DNA from: Candidatus Rokuibacteriota bacterium
GTDB taxonomy: Bacteria > Methylomirabilota > Methylomirabilia > Rokubacteriales > CSP1-6
DNA length: 64,000 nucleotides
NCBI GenBank assembly: GCA_016200085.1
Contig: JACQFL010000018.1
Coordinates: 48,006-112,005, forward strand
Direction of reading: 5' to 3'
Shown here one piece after another: positions 54,340-63,356 of this stretch. The notes under the pieces were generated by a model. That model was not told where the DNA came from and did no database searches. It saw only the letters and a program-made list of their open reading frames with translations. Position 1 is the first letter of the stretch, and every line of letters begins with the position of its first letter. The position numbers and the translations under genes are program-made.

Positions 54340-56061
54340 TTACTTGACGGGAACCGGAAGGAGGTCAAGAACATGGTCGCGGCCGCCGCCTGCCTCGATC
54401 ATACGCTCGCGCTTCGCGATAATCGCCATCGGTTCAGCTTGCTCGATGAGGTATTTCCGGAGATCGATCTCGTCATACTCCGCATCCTGGCGCGACAGCA
54501 TGTCCGCGAGAGCGCCACGTACACCCTTCGCCGCAGCCTCCACAAATTCCCGAAGCTGGTCTCTCGTCATGCCAGTTGAGATACGCTGCCAGATCGCCTC
54601 CGGCGCCTTATCACGGTATCGTTGCGCGACCAGCCTGCCGATTAGGGCCAGCACGAAGTGGCGGCCGACCTTGAGGTCGACGAGTCGACGAAGTCGGATA
54701 AGCGCGGGATCGTTCGTCCGCGCAACTTCGGCCCTGAGATAGCGTCGAAAACTGTTCAGGGCCTCCCAGAAGTGCCAGCTTATGACCAATTCCACCGCTT
54801 GCCGCCCGTAGACCTGCTGATATGTCGCCGCGGCATCGTCGAAAAGCTCCTCTTCACTGAGTGAGATCGCATCTTTCGGGCGGCCGGTGAACGCGAGATA
54901 GGCGCGACCCGCCATTTCGGACGAGATCAGTTTCCCGCGATAGCGGCGTTTGTCGGCTCGGGGCAGCGCGTCGGCTCCGCCGGCCTTCCGCTCGTAGAAG
55001 TACCCAAGGTTCTGGAACTCCTGCTCGAGTCTGCGTTGCTCGTCGTCGTTTGAGACCAAGTCCCGCGCCCGGATCGCGTTCTGACGGTTCGTCCGCTCGC
55101 TGATCCTTTCAGCGAGTTCTCCCGCTCTCGGCGGAGCGACGAAGAGGCGCACGAGTACATGAACGTTATCGGTAAGGAGTCCATCGCGATCAGCTGTCGC
55201 AATGGCAGTGGTCGTCTGGCAACCGTTGACGATACGCATGTTGAAAACCAGGATCTGGTTGTTGTCTCGGCGGCGGAAATCATCGCAGACAACGCTGATG
55301 CCGTTGTTGTATGCCCAGAAGAAGGCCTTGTCGTCTGGCTCCCGGAGGGTGGCCACGATCTTTGCGTTGACCTTGGACCGCTTGAGGGTGAGCCGGGGAT
55401 TCAGTTGGAAGATCGCGTTGCCGAGCCGGTCATAAATGGCTGCGAGATCAGAGGCTGGCGTGCTGAAGATTGCGCTTTGGGGCAGGTCCCGCGTGAAGAT
55501 CTGATTCCCAACGATGTTGAAGGTCACGGGCTGCTGTGCGCTGTGCTCGAAGTACGCGTGGAGCGTATCGAGATTAACGAAGTCCGCGGTGTGATTTGGA
55601 GGCAACGCGCCTCGTCGCCGGCGAATCTCGTCTTCCGCCTGGGGGCTGAACGTTCCTGTGACCGCGAAGATCAGGCGGACATCGTATCCTTGCGCCACGC
55701 AGGCGCGATAGTCGAGCTGCGCGGCGCGAACCTCGGCGCGGGCGGCAAGCGGAGCATTGAGCAGGCGGTCTGGGAGACCGAAGAAGGTCTCCACTTCCTC
55801 CCGCGCGACCGAATACGTGCCGTCCTGCCGGTATTTGCCCTGAACGATCGTGACGACCCTCGCGTCGTCGTCCTTGTCGAATCCGTCAACGTCGAGATCT
55901 CCGTTCTCTACCTCCGCGTCCTCAATCGCAGTGTCACGCTCGATCCCGCCTACCGACTGAAGGACGTATGCGACGAAGGCGCGATCGGGCGAGTCTTGGA
56001 TCTCCTCGGCGAGATCTTCGATTACCTCGCCGAGCCGACGGAGGAACTCCTCCCGCGTCAT
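54340..56061 (-). CDS. AIPR-like abortive-infection family protein
   Basis: 573 aa; ..VFNMRIVNGCQTTTAIA.. resembles the AIPR NGxQT core; 7-nt gap to the upstream gene. Confidence 0.5.
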   Translation of the reverse strand: MTREEFLRRLGEVIEDLAEEIQDSPDRAFVAYVLQSVGGIERDTAIEDAEVENGDLDVDGFDKDDDARVVTIVQGKYRQDGTYSVAREEVETFFGLPDRLLNAPLAARAEVRAAQLDYRACVAQGYDVRLIFAVTGTFSPQAEDEIRRRRGALPPNHTADFVNLDTLHAYFEHSAQQPVTFNIVGNQIFTRDLPQSAIFSTPASDLAAIYDRLGNAIFQLNPRLTLKRSKVNAKIVATLREPDDKAFFWAYNNGISVVCDDFRRRDNNQILVFNMRIVNGCQTTTAIATADRDGLLTDNVHVLVRLFVAPPRAGELAERISERTNRQNAIRARDLVSNDDEQRRLEQEFQNLGYFYERKAGGADALPRADKRRYRGKLISSEMAGRAYLAFTGRPKDAISLSEEELFDDAAATYQQVYGRQAVELVISWHFWEALNSFRRYLRAEVARTNDPALIRLRRLVDLKVGRHFVLALIGRLVAQRYRDKAPEAIWQRISTGMTRDQLREFVEAAAKGVRGALADMLSRQDAEYDEIDLRKYLIEQAEPMAIIAKRERMIEAGGGRDHVLDLLPVPVK

Positions 56062-56068
56062 CCGCGGG

Positions 56069-56479
56069 CTATCGGACGCCCGCGACGACGAGTTCGGCGA
56101 ACTTCAGAAGCCGGTCGCCCGGTTCTTGCGCAACCCGCTGCTCGATAAGCGAAATCCCTCCGTTCGCGTATTCCTCGGCGATCGTGAGGAGCTCTCCTTG
56201 GTCGAGGAGCACTTTCACGTCACCGGTTGCGGCAATCGCAAGCGCACGTAGGACAGGGATATCGTCCTGGGGCGAGAAGATTGACCAGGCAAAGACCTGC
56301 TGCCGGCGCTCAAGCGGCACGCGCTTGTTGAGCTGAAAGCCGAGGCAGGCGGCCACAAGGAAGAGGTCTTTCATAGTCTTGAACGGGGACTCCTCGCCCG
56401 ACGTGAGTGTCCGATAGAATTCGTGCGACGCAGCATCGACCGAAACCCGATCTCGCCGGACCTCGGCGGTCTCTTTCAT
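56069..56479 (-). CDS. small hypothetical protein (DndE-sized, follows the DndD-like gene)
   Basis: 136 aa; 4-nt ATGA overlap with the DndD-like gene, mirroring the dndD-dndE arrangement; similarity to DndE not established. Confidence 0.35.
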   Translation of the reverse strand: MKETAEVRRDRVSVDAASHEFYRTLTSGEESPFKTMKDLFLVAACLGFQLNKRVPLERRQQVFAWSIFSPQDDIPVLRALAIAATGDVKVLLDQGELLTIAEEYANGGISLIEQRVAQEPGDRLLKFAELVVAGVR

Positions 56480-58422
56480 CGCTTCACCTCGGCGATCGTC
56501 GTGCAGCTCGTCGTCTGGTCGAACTCGAGACGGTATTCCGCCCCGATCCGGTGCTGGAGGTTCTTGCGGGCGCCCTCGCGAAGCTCCTCATCCGTCACAA
56601 AGAGGACGAGCTGGTCGGCAAGTTCAGGGATGTGTTCCGTGATGTTCGCGCGGTGCTCGCCGGAGAGCCGCCCGAAGGGCGTATCCATCACAAGGGGCGC
56701 TTCCTTGCCGGAGACCTTCGCCATCGCGGTGATAAAGGCGAGGCTCAAGACCTGCCGCTCGCCGGCCGAGAGATCGGGTCGCGCGGGAAGGTTGTACCGG
56801 TCGATGACATCGAGGCTGTAGTCGTCGGTGAGCCGGATCTGCTGGAAGTGGGCTGTCTTCCAGATGAGCGTCTGGAAGATCTTTTGGGCTCGCTCCCGGA
56901 TCTGCTGGCGCATCTGCGAGGCGAAGATCTCGGCGATCTTCGTGATCGCGTCGGCTGAGTGCTGGGCGAGGACGAAGCGCCGTGTGATCGCCTGCGCCTT
57001 CTTCTCGCTTTTCTTTGCGGCTTCGATTTGCTTGCCTAGACGTTCGAGGTCGAGGTTGATCTGTTCGGTCCTGCCCTTCAGTCGGTGGATGTCCATCTCG
57101 ATCTGCTGCAAGCTGAACGCATATTCAGAGCGCTTTTTTTCGAGCTCTGCGACCTCTTCAAGATTGAAGGCGCTCAATTTCCGAGAGATCTCATCGAGCT
57201 GGGCATCGAGCTTCGCAATGTGCCCGTCGAGAGCGACCTTTTTCTCGAGAAGCGCTCGGAGCTGCCCGGGGATTTCGGCAGCCCGCCGGAGGGCGTTCCT
57301 CACGTCGCCGCCGGACTGGAGTACCAGGTCTTCAAGGTCCGAGGGGAAGGTTTTCTTCAGAAGCGTCGTGAGGTGCTCATGCTCCGGCGAGCGCGCGCTG
57401 ATCGGCCGCCCGCAAATGCATACCATCGCCTCGAGAAGGTCCTGGAGAAACTGCTGTCGGATGCCGGGCGGGATCTCCCCCTTCTCGCGCTTCTCGTCGA
57501 GGATGGCGAGCGCCTTCTGGAGCGCATCGGTCGCAAAGACCGCAGCGGCGCGATTCACGGCGTCGCGAACTGACTGACGGAGCTCGTCGCGACGCTGCTC
57601 TGCGTGCTGCAGCTCACTCGTGAGGGCAGCTCGCTGGGTCGTGAAATCTTTTACGGCGGCGATCTCCGACAAGCGCTGGTCGAGGCTTTCGAGCTGCTTT
57701 TTCGCAGCGCGATGCTCGGCCTGTTTCAGTTCGAGGTCTTTATCGATCTTGTCGAGTTCCTGCCGGCGAGCCTCATCAGCTTCGAGAAGGTTCTGGAGTT
57801 CTCCAGTCGAAGAGCTTTTCAGTTCTGTCCGGAAATCACGAGCCACGGCGTCGAGATGGGTCTTTGAGCGGTCGAGAATCTCGATATCGAGGACGTTGCG
57901 AACGGCATGCTTCACTTCGTCTTCGTGGTCTGGCCGCGCGAACTCATCGATCTTCTCGCCATCGAAGAAGAAGTATGTGCGGACATTCTCGGGCAGGATC
58001 GCGTTCAGGGTGCCGGTGGGGTTATCGACCGGCCTCGACTGCCCGTCGGGCCGGATTCGCATGAGCATGAACGTGGACTGGTCGTTGTATCGGAGCTTCG
58101 CCTCGTCCTTCAGGCGGACGCCGGAGACCTCACGTCGTGCGAGGAACCGCTCGCCGTTGTGGACGAAGGCGAGGGTCACCCGCGCCGTCACCGAGTCCCC
58201 GGGCTTTGCTTCGCTGATTGCGCGCTTGCTCATGAGCTGATCAGGCGCAAGCACCGCCTCCCCATAAAGGCACCAAGAAAGCGACGTGAAGAGTGCGGTC
58301 TTTCCTGCACCATTCTGCCCGTTGAACACGGTGATGTTCTTTGCCGGGTCGCGGGAAAAGAGGACGGTCTGGCTTGCGTAGTACTGGCGGAAGTTCTCGA
58401 TACTCAATCGGTCAAGCTTCAT
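56476..58422 (-). CDS. DndD-like SMC/ABC-type ATPase (paralog)
   Basis: starts MKLDRLSIENFRQY (GGAGG Shine-Dalgarno 8 nt upstream); Walker A FNGQNGAGKT; ..YFFFDGEKIDEF.. shared with dndD; long coiled coil; C-terminal signature ..LSAGERQVLSLAF..LVMDTPFGRLS. Confidence 0.8.
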   Translation of the reverse strand: MKLDRLSIENFRQYYASQTVLFSRDPAKNITVFNGQNGAGKTALFTSLSWCLYGEAVLAPDQLMSKRAISEAKPGDSVTARVTLAFVHNGERFLARREVSGVRLKDEAKLRYNDQSTFMLMRIRPDGQSRPVDNPTGTLNAILPENVRTYFFFDGEKIDEFARPDHEDEVKHAVRNVLDIEILDRSKTHLDAVARDFRTELKSSSTGELQNLLEADEARRQELDKIDKDLELKQAEHRAAKKQLESLDQRLSEIAAVKDFTTQRAALTSELQHAEQRRDELRQSVRDAVNRAAAVFATDALQKALAILDEKREKGEIPPGIRQQFLQDLLEAMVCICGRPISARSPEHEHLTTLLKKTFPSDLEDLVLQSGGDVRNALRRAAEIPGQLRALLEKKVALDGHIAKLDAQLDEISRKLSAFNLEEVAELEKKRSEYAFSLQQIEMDIHRLKGRTEQINLDLERLGKQIEAAKKSEKKAQAITRRFVLAQHSADAITKIAEIFASQMRQQIRERAQKIFQTLIWKTAHFQQIRLTDDYSLDVIDRYNLPARPDLSAGERQVLSLAFITAMAKVSGKEAPLVMDTPFGRLSGEHRANITEHIPELADQLVLFVTDEELREGARKNLQHRIGAEYRLEFDQTTSCTTIAEVKR

Positions 58423-58579
58423 CCCGTGCCTCCTCGTCGAGGATCTCGCGAAGCGCCTCCTTGAACCGTGGACGCTCGAGAGTGATGTTGCTCTGCTCGA
58501 ATTCAAGGACGCGCGAGACGGTGCGCTGGACATCCTCTGGGAACTGCTTGAAGAGCTCGAGTAAGACCTGTCTCACCAT
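58412..58579 (-). CDS. unannotated 55-aa small ORF
   Basis: MVRQVLLELFKQFPEDVQRTVSRVLEFEQSNITLERPRFKEALREILDEEARDEA; GAGGA Shine-Dalgarno 5 nt upstream; ATG 6 nt after the helicase stop; its stop overlaps the DndD-like ATG (ATGAAGCTTGA); missing from the ORF track. Confidence 0.45.
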   Translation of the reverse strand: MVRQVLLELFKQFPEDVQRTVSRVLEFEQSNITLERPRFKEALREILDEEARDEA

Positions 58580-58587
58580 GGCAATCC

Positions 58588-60657
58588 TCAGAAGTCGAGT
58601 ACGTGGAGGCGCTCGGCGAGATGCCAGATGGCCTCGGTCGCCGTGAAGCGGTTCGTCGCGGTATCGGCGAACTCGCGGAAGCGTCTGAGCTCGCGGCGAA
58701 GGATTGTTTGCTCCGACGGCAAGATGTCGTCGCTCATCGCTCCGGTCGGAGGCACCGCGAGGAAATCGTGGATCTCGGCCGCCTCCTTGCCCGGCGCCCG
58801 CCGAAGGATACGGCCACGACGCTGGATGAACTCGCGAGGATTCCCGCTGCTCGCAAGGATATAGGCCACGCGCGTGGGCGGCACGTCGACGCCTTCGTCG
58901 AGGCAGCGGATGGCGACGAGACCCTGGTAGATGCCCCGCTCGAAGGCGGTAAGGAGTGCTTCGCGCTCGGGAATCGACTCCTCGACGGTGAACTTGGAGA
59001 CGACGAGTCCAAGGTCGTTCCCCAGAAGGTCCACGACATCGTTGATCTGGTCAGGCGAGCTGTAGAAGAGGGAGAGCGTGACCGGCGAGTGGCGCTCCAC
59101 CGTCGCGCGAAGCTCGGGTAGCTTCTGCCTTGCGCAGTTCAGAAGGTTGGCGCGGTTCCGTAGGAGGGTCGCGAGGAGCTCGTCGTCGTCAACGCTTCCG
59201 CCTTTTGAGAAGAGCTGAGCGATTCTCTGGGTGAGGCGCTGATATTCCGCATACTCGTCGTCCTCAAGCTCCACGACGTGCGGGTGATAGCTATACGGGA
59301 CGAGGAAACCTCCCGCGATCGCGTCCTTAAGCGTGACCGTGATGAGAGTCGGCCCGAAGTATTTCGTAAGAAAGCTTGTCCCTTCTTCGTCGAACCACCG
59401 CGTCGGAGTGGCGCTGAGGCCCAGCCTGGCGTCGTAGAAATTCTCGAGAGCTTCACGCAGCTTCGGTGCGCCGAGGTGATGAACCTCGTCGGCGACGAGT
59501 ACCCGGCCAACTCGCGCATGGCCCACGATCGTCCGAAAGCGTTCAAGGGCTCCGGTGGCGTGAGTAGCGATCGCACAGACGAACGAACGTGCGCCGGCAT
59601 TCGCCTCCCCGATCTGGTTCGCGAGTGTCGAATCCCAACGGGGGGCCTCGCCATGACAGAGGATCGGATCGAATCCGAAACGCCGCGCCTCGGCCGCCCA
59701 TTGGGTGACGAGGTGCGAGAAGGGACAAAGGATCACGACCACGAAGGACGGCCGTTCCTTCGCGTAGTCCACGAGCGCGGCGAGGGCGCTCACGGTCTTC
59801 CCCGTACCGGTCGCCATTTCGAAGAACCCACGCGCGCCATGCTCAAGGAACGCCTTCACGGCGTCGCGCTGGAAATCCCGAAGCGCGAGATCGTCCGGGA
59901 TGTAGAGCCGCTGCCGGGGAAAGGGGACCGTGAGCGCCGGCGGCGCGCCGGTCGCTTCAGGGTCACGGGTCGGCCGAGCAGAGGGCTTGAACCGGAGGAG
60001 TGCCTGCCTGGCCGCCTCGGGGAAGTCCACGACGATCAGGCGCCGCGTGTCGTTTTTCCAGAGTCGATCGAACGCTTCAATCTTCGGTGGGATCCGATCC
60101 TGCGGATCGTCCCACGACCAGAAAACCTCGATCGATTCGAAGTTCGAAACGAGCCCGCCGACGGTCTCGTTCGGGGAGCCGATAAATGCGACGGCGTTCG
60201 CCTCGCGATCCGAAAAGATCCCGACCTTCTCGTGATAGATACCCATGACGTCATGCGGCGGCGCGGACATGGCGAGCTTGATCTCGAGCCTTTTCTCCGA
60301 GATCAACCAGGCAAGACATCCGAGCCGGTCTTCCTCCACCGAAGAGGAGATGAACTCGAACTGGCGGAGCAGGGCTTTCGTGATGATGTCGTCGCGCGCG
60401 GCGTACCCGCGGCGGATGGCTTCGGCATCCTCGGGCGCGAGGACCGGGCTTGCGACGAGATACATCCGGCCGTCGCCTCGAATAAACGCTGCGAGTCCAC
60501 GCGCCGCGACCGAGAGGCCGCCGCTCGTGAAGTAGCCGACGGCGCGGCGATACTCCGCGCTCACCGAAAGGCAGGGCACATAGAAGTCGTCGACGATGCT
60601 GCCCGCATCGCTTCGGTACCAAGTCCGGAGCGAGAGCTCGCGCAGGGCGCTGGTCAT
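58588..60657 (-). CDS. PLD-family nuclease - SF2 (DEAD/DEAH) helicase fusion protein
   Basis: 689 aa. N-terminal HKD motif ..HEKVGIF..FIGSPNET... Helicase motifs: Walker A MATGTGKT, DEVH (LVADEVHHL), motif VI QRRGRILR. Confidence 0.8.
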   Translation of the reverse strand: MTSALRELSLRTWYRSDAGSIVDDFYVPCLSVSAEYRRAVGYFTSGGLSVAARGLAAFIRGDGRMYLVASPVLAPEDAEAIRRGYAARDDIITKALLRQFEFISSSVEEDRLGCLAWLISEKRLEIKLAMSAPPHDVMGIYHEKVGIFSDREANAVAFIGSPNETVGGLVSNFESIEVFWSWDDPQDRIPPKIEAFDRLWKNDTRRLIVVDFPEAARQALLRFKPSARPTRDPEATGAPPALTVPFPRQRLYIPDDLALRDFQRDAVKAFLEHGARGFFEMATGTGKTVSALAALVDYAKERPSFVVVILCPFSHLVTQWAAEARRFGFDPILCHGEAPRWDSTLANQIGEANAGARSFVCAIATHATGALERFRTIVGHARVGRVLVADEVHHLGAPKLREALENFYDARLGLSATPTRWFDEEGTSFLTKYFGPTLITVTLKDAIAGGFLVPYSYHPHVVELEDDEYAEYQRLTQRIAQLFSKGGSVDDDELLATLLRNRANLLNCARQKLPELRATVERHSPVTLSLFYSSPDQINDVVDLLGNDLGLVVSKFTVEESIPEREALLTAFERGIYQGLVAIRCLDEGVDVPPTRVAYILASSGNPREFIQRRGRILRRAPGKEAAEIHDFLAVPPTGAMSDDILPSEQTILRRELRRFREFADTATNRFTATEAIWHLAERLHVLDF

Positions 60658-60719
60658 GGTGGAGTAGGGCGTCCCGCCATTACAGCGGGCGGGGTGAAAA
60701 TGTCAATAAAGTTGATATC

Positions 60720-60754
60720 TTAAGCTTCCATTCCAAAATATTAAGCTTCCTTCC
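60720..60754. promoter_or_regulatory. paired TTAAGCTTCC direct repeats (AAGCTT palindromes) in the AT-rich divergent promoter region
   Basis: TTAAGCTTCCAT and TTAAGCTTCCTT spaced 23 bp apart inside the AT-rich 60.66-60.81 kb intergenic region. Confidence 0.35.
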
Positions 60755-60812
60755 CGTCGAACTTGACTTCCAAAGCCCGTCCGCATACGCTTTCCCGCAA
60801 AGCGGGCAAGTC

Positions 60813-61949
60813 GTGAGAGGTGGAGGGACTGTGTCCGAGAAGGCGGTGCGGGATCTTCCGGAGTCCTTCTCATACGTGTTCGCCGCGCTGCGGGGCGTCC
60901 AGGCGGGCGGCGAGTACTACGTGGCCATGTGCCCGCTGAAGCTCATCCCGAAGATCTTTCTTTTCGATGAAGATGAGATTCCTCCTGACCTTCGCGCGCA
61001 GCGGGCCCTGAACCGCGCCCGGATCCCCGAGATCGCGCAATACATCGTCGAGAACCCAAAGGAGTACGTCTTCTCCTCGATAACCGCCTCGATCGACGGG
61101 CAAGTGCGGTTCGAGCCGCTCGCGGAGAGCGGCCCTCGAAGCAATCTTGGCCAGATCGTCATCCCCATGACCGCGAAGTTCATCATCAACGACGGCCAGC
61201 ACCGACGGGCGGCGATCGAAGAGGCGCTCAAGGAAAGGCCGGAGCTAGGCGACGAGACTATCTCCGTCGTCTTTTTTCTCGACAGCGGCCTCGCGCGCAG
61301 CCAGCAGATGTTCGCTGACCTTAATACGCACGCCATTCGCCCGACGAAGTCTCTCGGCATCCTCTACGATCTTCGCGACCCACAGTCACAGCTCGCGAGG
61401 AAGCTCATCAGCACCGTGCCGGTATTTAAGGGGCTCACCGAGACGGAGAAGACCACCATCTCGAACCGGTCGATCAAGCTCTTCACGTTGAGCGGCATTT
61501 ATCAGGGCACGAGGGCGCTTCTCAATAAACCGAAACAAGCCAGGGTGTCGCCACAGGAGGAAGCGCTCGCGATCGATTTCTGGACTGAGGTCGGTAGGAA
61601 CGTGCCCGAGTGGACGATGGCAAAAGAGAGAAAGGTGAGCGCCGCCGAGCTCCGTCGCGACTTCATCCACGCTCACGGCATTGCGCTCCACGCGTTAGGG
61701 ATTGTCGGTGCGGCGCTTCTTGCTGCGGAGCCCAAGCGCTGGAAGGACCGCCTGAGGGCGCTCGCGAAAGTCGATTGGTCACGTTCGAACACAAAGCTAT
61801 GGGAAGGACGCGCCATGATCGGCGGGCGCGTGAGCAAGGCTCACAACAACGTGATCCTCACGGCCGCTGTGTTGAAACGCGCGCTCGACTTGCCGCTCTC
61901 GCCTGAGGAACAGCGAGTCGAGACCCACCTGGGGAAGCGGGGAGGCTAG
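60813..61949 (+). CDS. dndB: DNA phosphorothioation-associated protein DndB
   Basis: 378 aa with ..KFIINDGQHRRAAIEEAL..; an alternative GTG start 6 codons in follows a GGAGGG Shine-Dalgarno. Confidence 0.85.
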   Translation: MRGGGTVSEKAVRDLPESFSYVFAALRGVQAGGEYYVAMCPLKLIPKIFLFDEDEIPPDLRAQRALNRARIPEIAQYIVENPKEYVFSSITASIDGQVRFEPLAESGPRSNLGQIVIPMTAKFIINDGQHRRAAIEEALKERPELGDETISVVFFLDSGLARSQQMFADLNTHAIRPTKSLGILYDLRDPQSQLARKLISTVPVFKGLTETEKTTISNRSIKLFTLSGIYQGTRALLNKPKQARVSPQEEALAIDFWTEVGRNVPEWTMAKERKVSAAELRRDFIHAHGIALHALGIVGAALLAAEPKRWKDRLRALAKVDWSRSNTKLWEGRAMIGGRVSKAHNNVILTAAVLKRALDLPLSPEEQRVETHLGKRGG

Positions 61950-61952
61950 CGG

Positions 61953-63356
61953 ATGGAGAACAACGGAGTGCACGAGCTTGGACGAGACCGGCTCGACTCC
62001 AAGTACGAGGAGATACGTCAGGTTTACCTAAGCGATCGCCGCCCGTGGGTGATCGGCTATAGCGGCGGCAAAGACTCTACCACGGCTCTCCAACTTATCT
62101 GGTCCGCCCTCTCCAAACTTCCGAGCGCGGAGCTCACGAAGCCGGTTTACGTAATCGCCTCCGATACGCTCGTCGAGAGCCCGAAGATAGTCGACTATAT
62201 CGACGCCTCACTCGAACGGATGAACGGGGCGGCGGGGAGCGCGGGGCTTCCGCTCACTGCTCATAAGGTGAAGCCGACTCTCGAAAACACATTCTGGGTA
62301 AACCTCATCGGACGCGGCTACCCTGCTCCGTCGAAGCAGTTCAGGTGGTGCACTGACCGCCTCAAGATCGAGCCCGCAAACCGGTTCATTCTCGAAAAGG
62401 TCACCGAGCACGGAGAGGTCGTCGTCGTCCTTGGGGTCCGAAAGGGAGAGAGCGCGACGCGCGCGCAGGTTATGGCTCTCCACCGACTGAAGAACAGTCT
62501 CCTCTCTCGCCACTCACGGCTGCCGAATGCGTACGTATACACACCAGTCGAGGACTGGACGGTCGATGACGTCTGGACCTATCTCCTACAGGTCCCCTCG
62601 CCCTGGGGCAACAACAACCGTGACCTCGTGACGCTTTATCGAAATGCGCAGGCGGGAGAGTGTCCGCTCGTCGTGGATCAGGCTACGCCCTCCTGCGGCA
62701 ATAGCCGCTTCGGCTGCTGGGTCTGCACGGTGGTCACGAAGGACAAGTCCATGGAGGCGCTCATCGAGAACGGCGCGGAATGGCTCGAGCCGATGCTCGA
62801 GTACCGGGACCTGCTCTCGTCGACTCAGGACCCCGCGGTCAAAGGCCAGGTTCGGGAGTTCAAGCGGAGGAACGGCCAGGTTGCACTGAAGGACGATGGG
62901 AGCATCGTCTACGGCCCGTACAAACTTGCGGTCCGGAAGGACCTCCTCCGCCGGCTGCTTGAGCTGCAAAAACGAGTTCGCGCCGACGGTCCGAATCCGA
63001 AGGAACAACTCATTAGCCGCGAGGAGCTCGAACGTATCCGCGCTCTGTGGCGTCAGGAAGTTCAGGATTGGGAGGATTCGGTCCCAAAGATCTATCGCGA
63101 GGTGATGGGAGAGGATCTCGACTGGGTCGTTGACGAACAGCCTGGATTGTCCGGCGAGGATCGGGCGATTTTGGAGGGCATCTGCGAGCGCTACAACGTG
63201 CCGGCGGCCATGGTCGCGAAGCTTATCGATCTCGAACGTGAGTTCCACGGCATGAGTCGCCGTGCCGCGATCTATCAGCGCATTGCAGCTGTATTTGATG
63301 AAGATTGGAGATCGGAAGCCGAGGTGACGGTGCGCGAGAGGGACGCTGACCGGTGA
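61953..63356 (+). CDS. dndC: DNA phosphorothioation sulfurtransferase DndC (PAPS-reductase-like)
   Basis: 467 aa; PP-loop VIGYSGGKDSTTAL; Cys motifs ..ECPLVVDQATPSCGNSRFGCWVCT.. Confidence 0.9.
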   Translation: MENNGVHELGRDRLDSKYEEIRQVYLSDRRPWVIGYSGGKDSTTALQLIWSALSKLPSAELTKPVYVIASDTLVESPKIVDYIDASLERMNGAAGSAGLPLTAHKVKPTLENTFWVNLIGRGYPAPSKQFRWCTDRLKIEPANRFILEKVTEHGEVVVVLGVRKGESATRAQVMALHRLKNSLLSRHSRLPNAYVYTPVEDWTVDDVWTYLLQVPSPWGNNNRDLVTLYRNAQAGECPLVVDQATPSCGNSRFGCWVCTVVTKDKSMEALIENGAEWLEPMLEYRDLLSSTQDPAVKGQVREFKRRNGQVALKDDGSIVYGPYKLAVRKDLLRRLLELQKRVRADGPNPKEQLISREELERIRALWRQEVQDWEDSVPKIYREVMGEDLDWVVDEQPGLSGEDRAILEGICERYNVPAAMVAKLIDLEREFHGMSRRAAIYQRIAAVFDEDWRSEAEVTVRERDADR

